Below, one piece after another: positions 62,807-64,000 of a DNA stretch of 64,000 bases. Where the stretch lies: positions 61,132,001-61,196,000 of the forward strand of contig OZ024747.1 of NCBI GenBank assembly GCA_964016885.1. The letters run 5' to 3'. The position numbers and the translations under genes were made by a program. This DNA is from Eledone cirrhosa. Its lineage: Eukaryota. The notes under the pieces were generated by a model that did no database searches, had not been told where the DNA came from, and saw only the letters and a list, made by a program, of their open reading frames with translations. Within the stretch, counting starts at the first letter, position 1. Each line of letters begins with the position of its first letter.

Positions 62807-62864
62807 TGAATTCATAACCTCAAGATTGTGAATCCAATTCTCTAACCACTCAGCCACACTACAT
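62807..62864 (-). mobile_element. tRNA-like SINE head fragment
   Basis: Minus strand reads GTAGTGTGGCTGAGTGGTTAGAGAATTGGATTCACAATCTTGAGGTTATGAATTCA: A-box TGGCTGAGTGG plus a degenerate B-box, similar to the head at 60486. No intact cloverleaf. Confidence 0.6.
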
Positions 62865-62999
62865 ACACATATCTGTATCATAATTATAATATTGTAATTG
62901 TAATTGTCTCAATATTGATTCTGTGTTGTATATATTTGACTGTCTATATATTTTTTACTATATTGTAACTATATAGATTGTTCTAGTAGAAAGTGTGAG

Positions 63000-63512
63000 T
63001 GTATATGCCGGCATACAAGTCAATCCTGCGCATAGGTCGACCCTTAAAATTCTGAGGTGTAATTCTGGTTTAGGCCTATATTTGCTGTATATGACCCCCC
63101 CCCCCCCCCCCCCCCCCCAATAAAAATAAGGCAGTTGCAAAATTTTAGTGGTGCACTCAAGGCTAAGACACTTCTTCTAAAACACTTTAGTCGCATGTGA
63201 TTTCTAACTCACCGAATAAACCAACCTGGCCTAACCTTAACAAACCTATGGCAACCTACTCTATGAACTATGGCAAGTCAATGATATTATTATAATCTGT
63301 ATGTTAAATAGACTTAACAAATATGAGATTTAATAGGGAATAATTGTGGCAGGCTGGTAAGTGGTGTACAACGAGTGTTGGGCAGGCAGTTTCACTGTTT
63401 ACCCCTCAGTGGTAAAGGTTCACATTTTATATTCAGCAGACAAGTCGACTCCTGGTTTTGGAGAGATATTTTTAGGTTCCAAATGTGGACTTGTATGCCT
63501 GCATATTCAGTA
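63000..63512. mobile_element. Non-autonomous TcMar/Tc2(pogo)-like DNA element (~510 bp)
   Basis: TGTATATGCCGGCATACAAGTC (63000-63021) versus reverse complement of 63488-63509 TGAATATGCAGGCATACAAGTC (20/22). Subterminal GTCGAC motifs near both ends; right end CAGTA. Family assignment is from recalled Tc2-type TIR architecture. Confidence 0.65.
63095..63118. repeat. Poly-C tract (C24)
   Basis: Direct read of 24 consecutive C. Confidence 0.95.
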
Positions 63513-64000
63513 GATTTCATGTTATACTATATAGTTGTGAAGTGTAGTATTGTTGGTGGTGTATATATTATTTACGTAGCTTATTGAGCTTAAATGTATT
63601 AGTGTGTAGTTTGAAGCTTCTAGTTTGTAGCTTGACAATAATATTTTAATATCTATGTGAAGACAGAGGAGAAATAATCTTTAACTGTTTTGTTAACATA
63701 TTTCTAATGAAAGGCACTTCATATCATGTTGAAAATAATCCAGAATTTGGAAGGATTCAGTAATATAACTAAGTTTCTCATTATGAAACTGGTGGATGGC
63801 ATACAACTTAATAAATCGTCTAAATAAACTTTATTAAGGCATAACTGTCAACATGATATTACAAATAGAAATAAGAAGAAAAAATATAGAAAAGGAAAAT
63901 GAAAAAAGAAAGAGAAAAAAACCCCCTGCAAACAGGTAATACACACATCCAGGAACACACACAACAAAAGGCAGGTGAAAGGGGTGGACAAACGAACTGC

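Overview
Eukaryotic, gene-poor, repeat-dominated DNA. The SINE and LINE fragments resemble cephalopod (Octopus-like) repeats as I recall them; this is inference, not a database result. Positions 1 to ~56556 are one 32-bp satellite (consensus ACATATACACATATATAGAGACACTGATATGG) with nested higher-order duplications of about 221 bp, 0.9, 2.0, 2.3, 2.4, 6.8 and 7.3 kb. About 94 times (manual count) it is interrupted, always in the same orientation and at the same monomer position, by a 30-bp cassette CCATGCAAGCGTGGAACAGGGACGTTAAAC plus a (GAT)n tail. That cassette matches the 3' end (hairpin plus repeat tail) of free SINE copies at ~60.8 kb and ~62.5 kb. The last 7.5 kb holds trinucleotide and compound microsatellites, a minus-strand L1/Tx1-type ORF2 fragment with a zf-RVT motif, tRNA-derived SINE pieces, a 48-bp minisatellite grown inside a SINE, two MITE-like elements and a perfect 26-bp inverted repeat. 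I cannot support any host protein-coding gene; the ORFs over the satellite are repeat artefacts. The best candidate for something new is the SINE-tail-punctuated satellite, possibly a retro-competent satellite, but that remains a hypothesis.
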